Positions 7,491-15,850 of a stretch of DNA of 38,446 nucleotides are shown in pieces. Source of the DNA: a virus. Its lineage: Duplodnaviria > Caudoviricetes. Each line of letters opens with the position of its first letter. Position 1 is the first letter of the stretch. Below the pieces are notes generated by a model. The model ran no database searches, had not been told where the DNA came from, and was given only the letters and a program-made list of their open reading frames with translations. The stretch spans positions 1 to 38,446 of IMG/VR virus record IMGVR_UViG_3300011433_000005, one strand, 5' to 3'. A program made the translations under genes and the position numbers.

Positions 7491-7636
7491 GCGAGGTGCC
7501 GCTCGACCGGCGTCTTGCACGCGACGCAGACCTCAGCGCCGTCGACGATCTCCGTGATCTGCACCCTGCCGCACGGCACGCAGAACCAGCTCTCGGGGAG
7601 CGGGCCGTCGTCGACGGCGTCGGATTGCGTGATCAT
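7487..7636 (-). CDS. Small Zn-ribbon protein
   Basis: CVPC...CVAC; ATGA overlaps at both ends. Confidence 0.6.
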   Translation of the reverse strand: MITQSDAVDDGPLPESWFCVPCGRVQITEIVDGAEVCVACKTPVERHLA

Positions 7637-8130
7637 GCGGTCGCTCCCACGAGTTGCGCCCGGCGGACCTGCACCGTCTCGAGCAGCGCGTCCAGCTTCG
7701 CGCGATGGGAAAGCAAGGACCGCTCGCACCGGGCGAGCACGCCGACGTCATCCTGGGCAATGGCCGCCTCGAGCTCCGCCAAGTCGGCCTCGCCCTGCGC
7801 CCGGGTCTCGTCCTCGATCGCGGAGCGGAGCGTGAGGGCCCCTCGCCGTGGAGCGCGCGCGGCGCGGACCCATGCCTCGAGGCGCGCGGCGATCGCGAAG
7901 GCGTCGCTGTCCTCGGGGCACTTCGCGCCGAGCAGGACGAGCCGCGTGATCCAGCGGCCCTGATACCGCTCCTCGCGCTGGACGTCGCCGAGGAACTGCC
8001 GGTCGGACGGCGTGAGGCCCTGCGCCTCGGCGAGGACCTTCGCGGCGATCTCGGAGATCTCGCGGCGGAGTCCGTTCGGTGCCACGGCAGCCGCCGGCGG
8101 CTGGTAGGCGATCGGGGCGGGGAGGCGCAT
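7633..8130 (-). CDS. Hypothetical early protein (CII-like position)
   Basis: ATG at 8130, 4 nt after the cro-like stop; helical sequence; function suggested by position only. Confidence 0.6.
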   Translation of the reverse strand: MRLPAPIAYQPPAAAVAPNGLRREISEIAAKVLAEAQGLTPSDRQFLGDVQREERYQGRWITRLVLLGAKCPEDSDAFAIAARLEAWVRAARAPRRGALTLRSAIEDETRAQGEADLAELEAAIAQDDVGVLARCERSLLSHRAKLDALLETVQVRRAQLVGATA

Positions 8131-8134
8131 CGTG

Positions 8135-8341
8135 TCAGCCGGCCTTCGCGAGCGCTCGGCCGTTCTGGCGCGCGGCGCGCCGGAGGACGCGGGTGGCTTC
8201 CCTGACCGACGCGCCACGGATGAACTGCGACATCGTCATCCGTTTCGTGTGGGCGGCGAGCTGTACCGTCTCGATCTCCTCGGGGAGGAGAGCGGCGCTC
8301 GTGCCGACGAGTCGCTTGCTGATCGGGATGGCCGGTGGCAT
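8135..8341 (-). CDS. Cro-position ribbon-helix-helix regulator
   Basis: 68 aa, basic, AA...RMTMSQFIR.A RHH-like pattern; divergent from the repressor; GAGG RBS. Confidence 0.7.
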   Translation of the reverse strand: MPPAIPISKRLVGTSAALLPEEIETVQLAAHTKRMTMSQFIRGASVREATRVLRRAARQNGRALAKAG

Positions 8342-8383
8342 TTTCCTCGGGGGTGCGTGGTCAGGATGTATCCGTGCCGCCAG

Positions 8384-8435
8384 AAGTTGGCGTCCAACGC
8401 CAAGAAAGTCAAGAGGAACTTACGTTGAACGCCAA
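8384..8435. promoter_or_regulatory. Immunity switch: leftward promoter and repressor operators
   Basis: Minus strand TTGACT (8407-8412)-17 nt-CAACTT (8384-8389); palindrome TTGGCGT-CCA-ACGCCAA (8387-8403) in the spacer; second ACGCCAA half-site at 8429-8435 just after the repressor start. Confidence 0.65.
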
Positions 8436-8961
8436 GAAACACCGTAAGCCGAACATCGAAAGCGACCTAGCAAGCGTTGGCGGACGCCTACGTGCAGCGA
8501 TGCGGCGCGCGGGCATCAGCAACGAGGCCCTCGCCGAGAAGCTCGGCGTGCACGAAACAACCGTCAGCAAGTGGCGGACGGGCTCGCAGGCTCCTGACCG
8601 GGAGATGGTCGAACAGATGTCAGCGGTCCTCGATCTGCATCCGGCCTGGCTCGAGTACGGAGCTGGAGATCCCGTCCCGCGCGGCGCGGTGAAGGCGATC
8701 GTGTCCGAGCCTCGCGCTCCGGACTACGAGCCGGGGTGGCCGAAGGGATGGCGATCTCGTACCTATCGGCTACAGCTTGAAGCAGAGCAGGTCGGAGCGA
8801 CCGATGAGGAGATCGCGATCGTGAGGGGCTGGATGCTCGACTCCCAGCTGCAGGCGCTCTGGTCGGGCGGGGCGCCGAAGGACCTGAAGGAGCTGGATGG
8901 AATCGAGATCGGCGCGCGCGCGTGGCTACGTGCGCGCGGGAGAATGGTGAAGGCGAGATAG
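8425..8961 (+). CDS. XRE-family HTH repressor (ImmR/CI-like)
   Basis: GGRLRAAMRRAGISNEALAEKLGVHETTVSKWRTG...WLEYG; TTG start after GAGGA; no S24 autopeptidase domain. Confidence 0.88.
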   Translation: MNAKKHRKPNIESDLASVGGRLRAAMRRAGISNEALAEKLGVHETTVSKWRTGSQAPDREMVEQMSAVLDLHPAWLEYGAGDPVPRGAVKAIVSEPRAPDYEPGWPKGWRSRTYRLQLEAEQVGATDEEIAIVRGWMLDSQLQALWSGGAPKDLKELDGIEIGARAWLRARGRMVKAR

Positions 8962-8973
8962 AGGGGTCGGACG

Positions 8974-9336
8974 ATGGCGACGCAGGCACAGCTCGACGCT
9001 CTACTCGAGGGGAAACGCACCCGTCACCCCGAGCTTCGCGAGCCCTTGTCGTGGGAGGGATTCCGCCAGGTCTGCGAACGCGAGGGTGTCTCAATAACGG
9101 TAGGTCCCCTCTCCGTCGATGCGGTGTTACTATCTGCCCTCGGCACGTCCGTCATCGTGCTCAACTGCGAGCTGCACCCGCGGCGCCATACCTACCGCGG
9201 CGCGCATGAACTCGCGCACCATTGGCTCCACTCCGAGCACGAACCTGTCATCTACACAATGCGCGACCTGGGTGCTCCTGATCGGCGCGAGGACGATGCG
9301 GAGTACGTTGCGACGCGACTTCTCCAAGGGTGGTGA
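8974..9336 (+). CDS. immA: ImmA/IrrE-family metallopeptidase (antirepressor)
   Basis: AHELAH zinc motif, downstream E..A..VA..LL; directly after the XRE repressor. Confidence 0.85.
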   Translation: MATQAQLDALLEGKRTRHPELREPLSWEGFRQVCEREGVSITVGPLSVDAVLLSALGTSVIVLNCELHPRRHTYRGAHELAHHWLHSEHEPVIYTMRDLGAPDRREDDAEYVATRLLQGW

Positions 9337-9339
9337 GCC

Positions 9340-9762
9340 GTGGCCGGTGCAGAGGTTCTCTTTCTCGTCGTGGCTGGCGGACTCGTCATCTGGGCGATCT
9401 CAAGGGCTAGAGCGCCATCCGAGGAGACCACATGGACTCCAGCAGCGGCCGCTGCTCCATTTCTCGTTCCCTGCCCAGCCTGCGGAAGGGAGATCGCGAA
9501 CACGGCCGTTGCTTGCCCGGAGTGCGGCCACCCTCGCCTCGCGAAGGCGAAGGTGCTCCCGCGGAAGAGTCGCGGTGTCGCGACCATCCTCGCGCTGCTC
9601 TTGGGCGGAATCGGCGCCCACAAGTTCTACCTCGATCGCGCGGGGCAGGGCGTGCTCTATCTGCTCTTTTTCTGGACGTTCATTCCCGCGCTGCTCGGGC
9701 TCGTCGAAGGGCTTATGTACGCGACCAGTTCTGAGGAGGCGTTCCACGCTGAATATGGCTGA
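9340..9762 (+). CDS. Zinc-ribbon plus TM2-domain membrane protein
   Basis: N-terminal TM; CPACG...CPECG; KSR.VA..LALLLGGIGAHKFYL...G.LYLLFFWTFIP TM2 signature. Confidence 0.85.
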   Translation: MAGAEVLFLVVAGGLVIWAISRARAPSEETTWTPAAAAAPFLVPCPACGREIANTAVACPECGHPRLAKAKVLPRKSRGVATILALLLGGIGAHKFYLDRAGQGVLYLLFFWTFIPALLGLVEGLMYATSSEEAFHAEYG

Positions 9763-9790
9763 GCCATCCCCCATTCGAGGTCTTCAACGT

Positions 9791-10132
9791 ATGCGAAGAG
9801 TCCATGCGCTAGGCTTGGCGTTCCTGTTGTGCTCTCCGATCGCAGCGAGCGCACAGCGGAACTGCAAGAAGGGAATCCCGTGCGGCGGAACGTGCATCGC
9901 GGCGAACAAAGTCTGCCGGATCAGCACCTCCAGCGAGAAGCCCGCCCCACCCAAGGACAGCGCCGCCGATACGATTCCAACCCGCTGGGTCGCATCAACC
10001 AGAGGCCGCCTGTACTACAAACCTGACTGTGCGAGCGCGAAGGACTTGAGCCCCCTGAACCTGCGTTACTTCAAGTCCGAGGACGAGGCCAAGAAGGAGG
10101 GATACACGCGATCGACGGCGAAGGGCTGCTGA
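9791..10132 (+). CDS. Secreted Cys-rich protein with an Ada-metal-binding-like C-terminal domain
   Basis: Signal peptide ending ASA; CKKGIPCGGTCI....C motif; VAS..G..YY.PDC...F.SE.EA...GY motif. Confidence 0.7.
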   Translation: MRRVHALGLAFLLCSPIAASAQRNCKKGIPCGGTCIAANKVCRISTSSEKPAPPKDSAADTIPTRWVASTRGRLYYKPDCASAKDLSPLNLRYFKSEDEAKKEGYTRSTAKGC

Positions 10133-10265
10133 GAAGTGACCTCTCGCCTACCTCCGGCGCACAGCCCCGCGCACCACGAGGCCAGGCCGGTCACCCCGCG
10201 CGGAGCACAGAAGCCGAGGTTGGTGAGTGACGGAGATAAGGGACTCTTTTCAGCGGATGGTGAGT

Positions 10266-10646
10266 ATGCGGCGATTCACCGTGTTGTTGTTCGTCGGCCT
10301 TGCATTGATCTCGGCAGCCGGATGTACGAAGAGCACGGCGCCGAAGCTGTCGGTGAACGGTACGTGGACGGGAAGTATTGGTGGACAGCAGACGTTGACG
10401 ATGACTCTTCTCGAAAGCGGCGGCATCGTGAACGGCAGCGGCACCATCACGAACACTCCGACCGGCACGAGGGCACTGACCATCACCGGAACCTTCAACG
10501 GCACGACCCTTGGAGCGACGATGACGTCCGGCACGGTTCAACCGATCAACCTGCAGGCGACCGTCTATAGCAACCAAATGACGTCGACGCTGCAAGGATC
10601 TGGGTTCACCGGCGAAGGGTGCTCGCTCTTCAGGCAGCAGCCATAA
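10266..10646 (+). CDS. Lipoprotein (Thr/Gly-rich beta protein)
   Basis: MRRFTVLLFVGLALISAAG-C lipobox, followed by GTWTG beta-strand motif. Confidence 0.75.
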   Translation: MRRFTVLLFVGLALISAAGCTKSTAPKLSVNGTWTGSIGGQQTLTMTLLESGGIVNGSGTITNTPTGTRALTITGTFNGTTLGATMTSGTVQPINLQATVYSNQMTSTLQGSGFTGEGCSLFRQQP

Positions 10647-10681
10647 GCGGGGGCGTTCGACATCCGGGGACGGTCTCCGAC

Positions 10682-11143
10682 CTAACTCGCCACACGGTAG
10701 CGCCCCCATCCGCGCATCTGCCCCGGTCGGTCGAGCTCCGCGACGACGAGCCCGTTCCGCCTCAGCCGGGACAGCGTGATCGCGACCGCGCGATAGCTCC
10801 CGCCGACGCGCGCGGCGATCGCGCCCATCCGGAGACCGGGTGACTCGCGCACCACGGCGAGCACCCGTTCGCATGTCGACGCTGTGGGCGGCGTGAGCTG
10901 CGCCTTCACTGCGGCGACGCAACGGTCGCGCACGGACAGCATCCGCGCCGAGGGAATGAGCTTCCCCTGCCACGAGCGCCAGCAGGCCATGTAGAGGCGT
11001 CGGGCCCATGCCGGGAGCATCGGCAGGCATTCCACGCAGAGCATGTCACCGGCGCCGGAGCATGGCTGCCCGCACGCGCCGCAGGTGGCGCGGTGCTGCC
11101 GTTCCGGGCTCGCGATGGCGGCGAGGGACCGCGCCTGCCTCAC
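10682..11143 (-). CDS. Zn-finger plus winged-HTH protein
   Basis: GTG at 11143 overlaps the upstream stop; CGAC...CVEC; SPGLRMGAIAARVG.SYRAV...LSRLRRNGLV wHTH. Confidence 0.65.
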   Translation of the reverse strand: MRQARSLAAIASPERQHRATCGACGQPCSGAGDMLCVECLPMLPAWARRLYMACWRSWQGKLIPSARMLSVRDRCVAAVKAQLTPPTASTCERVLAVVRESPGLRMGAIAARVGGSYRAVAITLSRLRRNGLVVAELDRPGQMRGWGRYRVAS

Positions 11144-11508
11144 GGCGGCGAGCGGCTCGCGAGCGCCCGCGACACGGGAGGAACCCCTGACGGGCTCGCG
11201 TTCACGGGGCGACTCGCGAACACGCGCACGCAGGCCTTCACGGCCCGGGTGCCCGTGCGCGCCTCGATCCATGTCTCGCCGTCCTTCAGGCCCGTGACGA
11301 CGCCCGTCGACGAGACGCGGGCGACGGTCGTGTCGCCACTCCGCCACGTCCACGGCTTCGCCGCGGGCCGGCCGGTCTGCGTCCAGTAGGCGGCGCGGAG
11401 CGGGACGCCGAGCGAGCCCGTGCCGACGAATGCGATCGCGTGGCAGATCGCGACCGACTGCGCAGGAAGGGTGGCCGCGACAAGCACGAGCAGCCCGAGA
11501 GCTTTCAT
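11140..11508 (-). CDS. Secreted Ig-like (Big_2) domain protein
   Basis: Signal peptide; WRSGDTTVARVSSTGVVTGLKDGET.I.A Big_2 motif. Confidence 0.75.
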   Translation of the reverse strand: MKALGLLVLVAATLPAQSVAICHAIAFVGTGSLGVPLRAAYWTQTGRPAAKPWTWRSGDTTVARVSSTGVVTGLKDGETWIEARTGTRAVKACVRVFASRPVNASPSGVPPVSRALASRSPP

Positions 11509-11532
11509 GAGAACTTTTTCATGGGGTGCGCC

Positions 11533-11865
11533 TCATGGAACGGGGATCGGATCGCGGACGACGATCGTGTTCGCCTCCGCACTCGGGAATGTCTGCACGG
11601 CGCCGCCCGCGAACACGACGTGGAACTCGGCCTCGTAGGTGCCGCGCACGAGGTTGTCGCCGCTCACCCGCACGTGACGCACCGTGCCGCCACTGCCCGG
11701 GCTGTCCACGGTGCAGCTGAGCGAGAGCCGCGTGCTCGTGCCCTGGAGCCTGAGCCGGAGCGTGACGGTCGCGCCGGACAGGTCCTGCACACCGCTCGCG
11801 TTGGAGAGCGTGGCGACGATGTCCGGCGCGGTGTCGCCCGAAGGGATTGTGATCGTGGTGGCCAT
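11533..11865 (-). CDS. BppU-N-like virion protein
   Basis: GDT.P.I...L......DLSGATV...G.YEAEF.V.F..G..QTFPS pattern. Confidence 0.65.
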   Translation of the reverse strand: MATTITIPSGDTAPDIVATLSNASGVQDLSGATVTLRLRLQGTSTRLSLSCTVDSPGSGGTVRHVRVSGDNLVRGTYEAEFHVVFAGGAVQTFPSAEANTIVVRDPIPVP

Positions 11866-11874
11866 GGGGCGGGG

Positions 11875-13302
11875 TTACTCCATTGAGGCGGTGGCGCCAA
11901 GCGCGGTGAGCGACGCGGTCGCGCCGGGATCGGCGAGGGATGCCGCTGGGGCGAGACTGAGGAAGGCGACCGTGCCGGGCTCCGGCCCGGGCACGCCGAT
12001 CGCGCCGATGATGATGGTCCCGGAGAGCCTGAGCGAGGCCGCGAGCACGGCAGCGGCCGCGACCGGCAGAGCGGCCGTCCCGATGAAGGCGAGCGACACG
12101 GGCAGCACCGCGTTCGCCAGCGTCTGCACCGCGGCGGTTGCACTGAGGCTCAGCGGTAGCGCGAGGGCGGCGTCCGCTGCCAGGGCGAGTGTCGCGGTTG
12201 CGGAGAACCCGATGGGCACCGGGAGCGTGGCGTCCGCCCCGAGGCCGCCGAGCGATGCGACCCCGGTGAAGCCGAGCGGCACCGGGAGCGTGGCGTCCGC
12301 CGTGACCGTGAGTGCGGCCGTGGCGTTGAAGCCCAGCGGCACGGGCATCGTCGCCACGGCCGCCACCGCAAGGGCCGCCGTGGCCGAGGTGCCGAGCGGG
12401 ACGGCCATCGCCGCGTCGGCCTGGACCGCGAGCGCGGCGGTCGCGGAGATGCCGAGCGATACCGGAATCGCGGCATCGGCCTGCACGGTGAGCGCCGCGG
12501 CCGCCGAGATCTGGAGCGGGACGGGGAGCGAGGCGTCGGCCGTGATACCGCTGCCCGTCGGCGCGAAGACTGTGCGCCGGGGCACGGACATCCACCGTGG
12601 CGCCGGCGGCCCCCATCGAGGGGCCGCGGTCGAAAAGGCGACCAGTGGAAAGCCCACGCCGCTCAGGTCCGGTTCCAGTGCGTGGCCCTCGCTGCCGTCC
12701 ATCCCCCAGTGACCCACCAGCCCCGACGAGAAGTCGCGTGGCGAGGCGCCGAGGAACAACTGCCGCGCTTCGTTGTCGCCGATCTTCCGGCCCCAGATGG
12801 CGATCGGGCCGACGTAGAACGGCGCTCCTGCCCCGTTCGCCTGCGCGCCGGCTGTCAATAGTGTCGGGGTGCCCGTCGTCTTGGTCCCTGTCCCGTTCCC
12901 AATGGACGTGCCGGCCTCCACCGCGCCGTTGAACACGAAATCGATCGTGGAGTCGAGTACGTTGCCCAACGCCGAGTCGCGCAGCACCAGGTGGGTCCAC
13001 GCCCCCAAGGCCAGTATCGTGCTCGACTCACGGTTCTTGACCGTCGTCAGGTTGCTCTGAAATCGGGTCAGGTTGCTGCTGCTGCGGGTCGTGATTTGCC
13101 ACCCGGTCGCGGTTCCCGCGCACCCCAGCCACGTGCGATTCGCGCCAAGCGCCGCCAGTCGGTAGATCCAGATGGCGACCGAGACGGCGCCAAGCTCGGC
13201 GTACAACCGACTCGCCTTGGCTTGTAGCCCCTGCGTTGTCCCCCCGTCCGCGTAGGCCCGGGAGAGACGAGAGGGCGGCCCCGGCGTCCGAGTCGACGCC
13301 AT
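11875..13302 (-). CDS. Putative fibre/adhesin: LamG-like N-terminal domain plus about eight 20-aa Ala/Thr-rich repeats
   Basis: AIWIY...WTHLV...FVFNG...GPIAIWGRKI.D.E...L LamG pattern; ADA.LPVPLG.SATAAL repeats at about 12060-12540. Confidence 0.65.
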   Translation of the reverse strand: MASTRTPGPPSRLSRAYADGGTTQGLQAKASRLYAELGAVSVAIWIYRLAALGANRTWLGCAGTATGWQITTRSSSNLTRFQSNLTTVKNRESSTILALGAWTHLVLRDSALGNVLDSTIDFVFNGAVEAGTSIGNGTGTKTTGTPTLLTAGAQANGAGAPFYVGPIAIWGRKIGDNEARQLFLGASPRDFSSGLVGHWGMDGSEGHALEPDLSGVGFPLVAFSTAAPRWGPPAPRWMSVPRRTVFAPTGSGITADASLPVPLQISAAAALTVQADAAIPVSLGISATAALAVQADAAMAVPLGTSATAALAVAAVATMPVPLGFNATAALTVTADATLPVPLGFTGVASLGGLGADATLPVPIGFSATATLALAADAALALPLSLSATAAVQTLANAVLPVSLAFIGTAALPVAAAAVLAASLRLSGTIIIGAIGVPGPEPGTVAFLSLAPAASLADPGATASLTALGATASME

Positions 13303-13305
13303 CCG

Positions 13306-13791
13306 TTACTGCGCTTCGTCGGGCGCGGGCGTCCAGCTGATGACGTAGTCGCCAGCCGTGGCGGAGAGCGCGTTCGCGGTCGCATTCCAGAGCACGGGTG
13401 CCCCGTACCGCGCACTGATGTCCAGATCCCATGAGCCGACCATGGCGACCGCCGCGTTCTCGTCGACCTGGATGACGCCGACCGGCCACAAGTTGCGGAG
13501 CTTGTCCTGCGCGCTGACCGCAATGTCCCCCGTGCCGTCGTCGTTGTCGGGCGACGTGCCGTCGGACGTCGCCCAGTAGACCTCGATGCGCTCGCCAACA
13601 ACGCGCGTCCCTCCGGGCTTGAGCGCGACCCGAAGGACGCCGCGGCGCGCCCGAGCCGCCGTCCCGAAGTCGTGATACGCCCCCTGCCGGCCGGCGCCGG
13701 AGGCGAGCGAGGTGCCCGTGAACAACTCCGTGCCGCCGGAGTCCTTCCACGTGATCGCAGTTTCTTCGTGTTCGAGGAGCTTGCTGGACAC
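13306..13791 (-). CDS. Hypothetical virion-associated protein
   Basis: Beta-rich ORF abutting its neighbours in the post-lysis block. Confidence 0.7.
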   Translation of the reverse strand: MSSKLLEHEETAITWKDSGGTELFTGTSLASGAGRQGAYHDFGTAARARRGVLRVALKPGGTRVVGERIEVYWATSDGTSPDNDDGTGDIAVSAQDKLRNLWPVGVIQVDENAAVAMVGSWDLDISARYGAPVLWNATANALSATAGDYVISWTPAPDEAQ

Positions 13792-14244
13792 TTAGACCTT
13801 CCCCGCGAGATACCGCGCGTGAAGAGAGGTCGGGATCTGGGGCAGCACGGCCCAGAGATCTTCGAGGGTGACGGGACCGTCGCACGTCGCCTCGGCTACG
13901 GTCTGCGGTCGCTCGGCGAGCGCGCTCAGCGCATCGAGGACGGAGGAGTCGCCCGAGAGAATGTCCTTGAGCTCAGCCACCGTCGCGGTTTCCTCGAGGC
14001 TGACGTCGCCTGCGGCCAGCAGGACGGAGAGCCGCTGCAGCTTGAGCGCGTCGAGCCCCTTCAGTGCCGGAGCGATCGCCGCCCGGACCTCCGGCGCCGG
14101 GATACTGCGCGCGGCCTTGGCGCTCGCGTGGGGGGTGGCGAGGAGCGCGAGCAGCTCCGTGTTGGACCCGCCGTCCACCGCGGCCGCATACGCCGCGGCC
14201 GAGCTCCCGGTGAGCTCGGCGAGCAACTTCGCGCGATCGGCCAC
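13792..14244 (-). CDS. Hypothetical protein
   Basis: Helical ORF whose stop abuts the next start. Confidence 0.7.
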   Translation of the reverse strand: MADRAKLLAELTGSSAAAYAAAVDGGSNTELLALLATPHASAKAARSIPAPEVRAAIAPALKGLDALKLQRLSVLLAAGDVSLEETATVAELKDILSGDSSVLDALSALAERPQTVAEATCDGPVTLEDLWAVLPQIPTSLHARYLAGKV

Positions 14245-14250
14245 GATCCG

Positions 14251-14643
14251 TCAGCCCGTGTGGCTGTACGTGTTCACCGTGACCACCTGCGCGCTGGCGA
14301 GCGAGGTGTTGTCCACGGTCAGGTCCCCGCCGCCGCCGGTGGCGGTGACGGTGCCCTCCTCGCGCTCGGTGTCGCCGGCGTTCTTGAGCCGGAAGTGGCC
14401 GATGGTGATGGCGGCCGTGGCGGCCACGCTCCAGGTGCCGTTCTTCGTCTTGCTGCCGCTCGCCGCGGCGTTGAAGGGTGTGGCCGGCGTGGTCACCTCG
14501 GCGCCAAGCGTCCCGCCCGCCGCGTTCTCCGCACCCGCCGGCGCCCCGCTTCGGAACTGGAGCAGCGAACCCGCGGGGAACTTGTTGTCGTAGAGCTGGT
14601 CCAGCATGTAGTTCGCCGTGCTGTTCTTGAGGTCGAGCGTCAT
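14251..14643 (-). CDS. Small fibre/minor tail-type protein
   Basis: ATG 14643 after AGGAGG; L...SG.P......GTL......F.AAASG...HFRL...G.V...GGGGDL..DNT pattern seen in phage minor tail proteins. Confidence 0.7.
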   Translation of the reverse strand: MTLDLKNSTANYMLDQLYDNKFPAGSLLQFRSGAPAGAENAAGGTLGAEVTTPATPFNAAASGSKTKNGTWSVAATAAITIGHFRLKNAGDTEREEGTVTATGGGGDLTVDNTSLASAQVVTVNTYSHTG

Positions 14644-15167
14644 GGCTGGGCCTCCTTCTCGGGGATGTGCACGTCGGGGTTGCCCGGCACGGCGCACTGG
14701 AAGTAGATCTGCGGGCGCGCGAACTCATCGACGATGAACAGGAAGCGCCCCTCGTCGAGGTGGCCCTGAAAGTTCCGCGCCTCACCGGCCGCCTGGTCGG
14801 CGACGATCTCCGCCCGTCGCGCCGCGTCGCGCGCACGGACCTGCGCCGACGCGAGCGCGGGGTTCGCCGGATCCGCGGCCGCGGCGGCCTTCGCGTCGGC
14901 CAACGTGCGCGACGCCTCGGCCGCACGGACCGCCCTGTCCGCAGCATCGGCGACCGTCGCGGCGCGCACCAGCTCGACGTTGTCAACGATCGTACCGTCG
15001 GGCGCCATCACCTTGTTGGCGAACTCCGCGCGGGCGGCGTAGTTCCCCTCGACCGTGCGCGGGTCCCGGAGGGCCGGCAGCGCGGCGTATTGTTTCGCGG
15101 TGTAGGCGGAGGGAGACGCGGGGTCTGGCGCTTCGGGTTCGAAAACCGATGTGAGTTTCGGCGTCAT
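14640..15167 (-). CDS. Hypothetical protein with an Ala-rich coiled coil
   Basis: ATG 15167 just after the spanin-like stop; ATGA overlap downstream. Confidence 0.65.
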   Translation of the reverse strand: MTPKLTSVFEPEAPDPASPSAYTAKQYAALPALRDPRTVEGNYAARAEFANKVMAPDGTIVDNVELVRAATVADAADRAVRAAEASRTLADAKAAAAADPANPALASAQVRARDAARRAEIVADQAAGEARNFQGHLDEGRFLFIVDEFARPQIYFQCAVPGNPDVHIPEKEAQP

Positions 15168-15172
15168 GGGGA

Positions 15173-15850
15173 TCAGTGGATGATGGAGAAGGCCTGCAGG
15201 ATGAGTGTGAGGATCGCGACGCTCCCGGCGCCGATCGCGCCGGCCTTCACGTCGCGGAGCAGCGCGCGGCGGCCGGCCGCGGCGATGACCGTCCCGGCGG
15301 AGTCGACGGCGGCCTTGCGGGCGGAGTCGGCGCGGACGATGCCGCGCTCGGCCCGAGCGGCCCGGGCGTCGGAGGAGTCGGCGCGGAGGGCGCAGCTGGC
15401 GAGTGCGACGGAGTCCGCCGCGATCGATTCCCGGCAGCTCCGCAGCGCACCGACGAGCTTCGCCGAATCGACCAGAACGAGCGCGGCGCTCTGTGACTGA
15501 GTTTCCGTCGACGGCGCTATCTCCACGACCGGGACGGGGATACGATGTGCACCGAGCGCCTCCCGCGCGGACTCGACCGTCGCGAGCAGTTCCCGTTCCT
15601 TCTCGGCGTAGGTCGTCCGGGCCACGCTGGCTATGCGCTCGAGGCGAGCCGTCGCGCTGCGCAGGGAGTCGCCGAACACCCGCTCGCGCCGGAGTGTGTC
15701 GAGCGTGGCGGCGAGGACCGTGTCCTCGCGCACGAGACCGAACCTCTGCAGTTCTGCCGCCACGCGTGGCCGCTCGTGCCAGAGCCAGACGTTGAGCCCG
15801 AGCGAACACGCGACCAGGAGGACGCCGATGCCGGCGAAGAAGCGTCTCAT
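15173..15850 (-). CDS. Spanin-like protein
   Basis: Follows the endolysin; N-terminal hydrophobic segment containing LVAC, coiled coil, C-terminal hydrophobic segment. Confidence 0.6.
   Translation of the reverse strand: MRRFFAGIGVLLVACSLGLNVWLWHERPRVAAELQRFGLVREDTVLAATLDTLRRERVFGDSLRSATARLERIASVARTTYAEKERELLATVESAREALGAHRIPVPVVEIAPSTETQSQSAALVLVDSAKLVGALRSCRESIAADSVALASCALRADSSDARAARAERGIVRADSARKAAVDSAGTVIAAAGRRALLRDVKAGAIGAGSVAILTLILQAFSIIH

Noticed and set aside
8474-8490. Third operator TTGGCGG-ACGCCTA
   Set aside because: Half-sites are degenerate and lack the 3-nt spacer of the main palindrome; lies in repressor coding sequence
10646-10682. Intrinsic terminator at the convergent junction
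   Set aside because: No convincing stem with U tract on either strand
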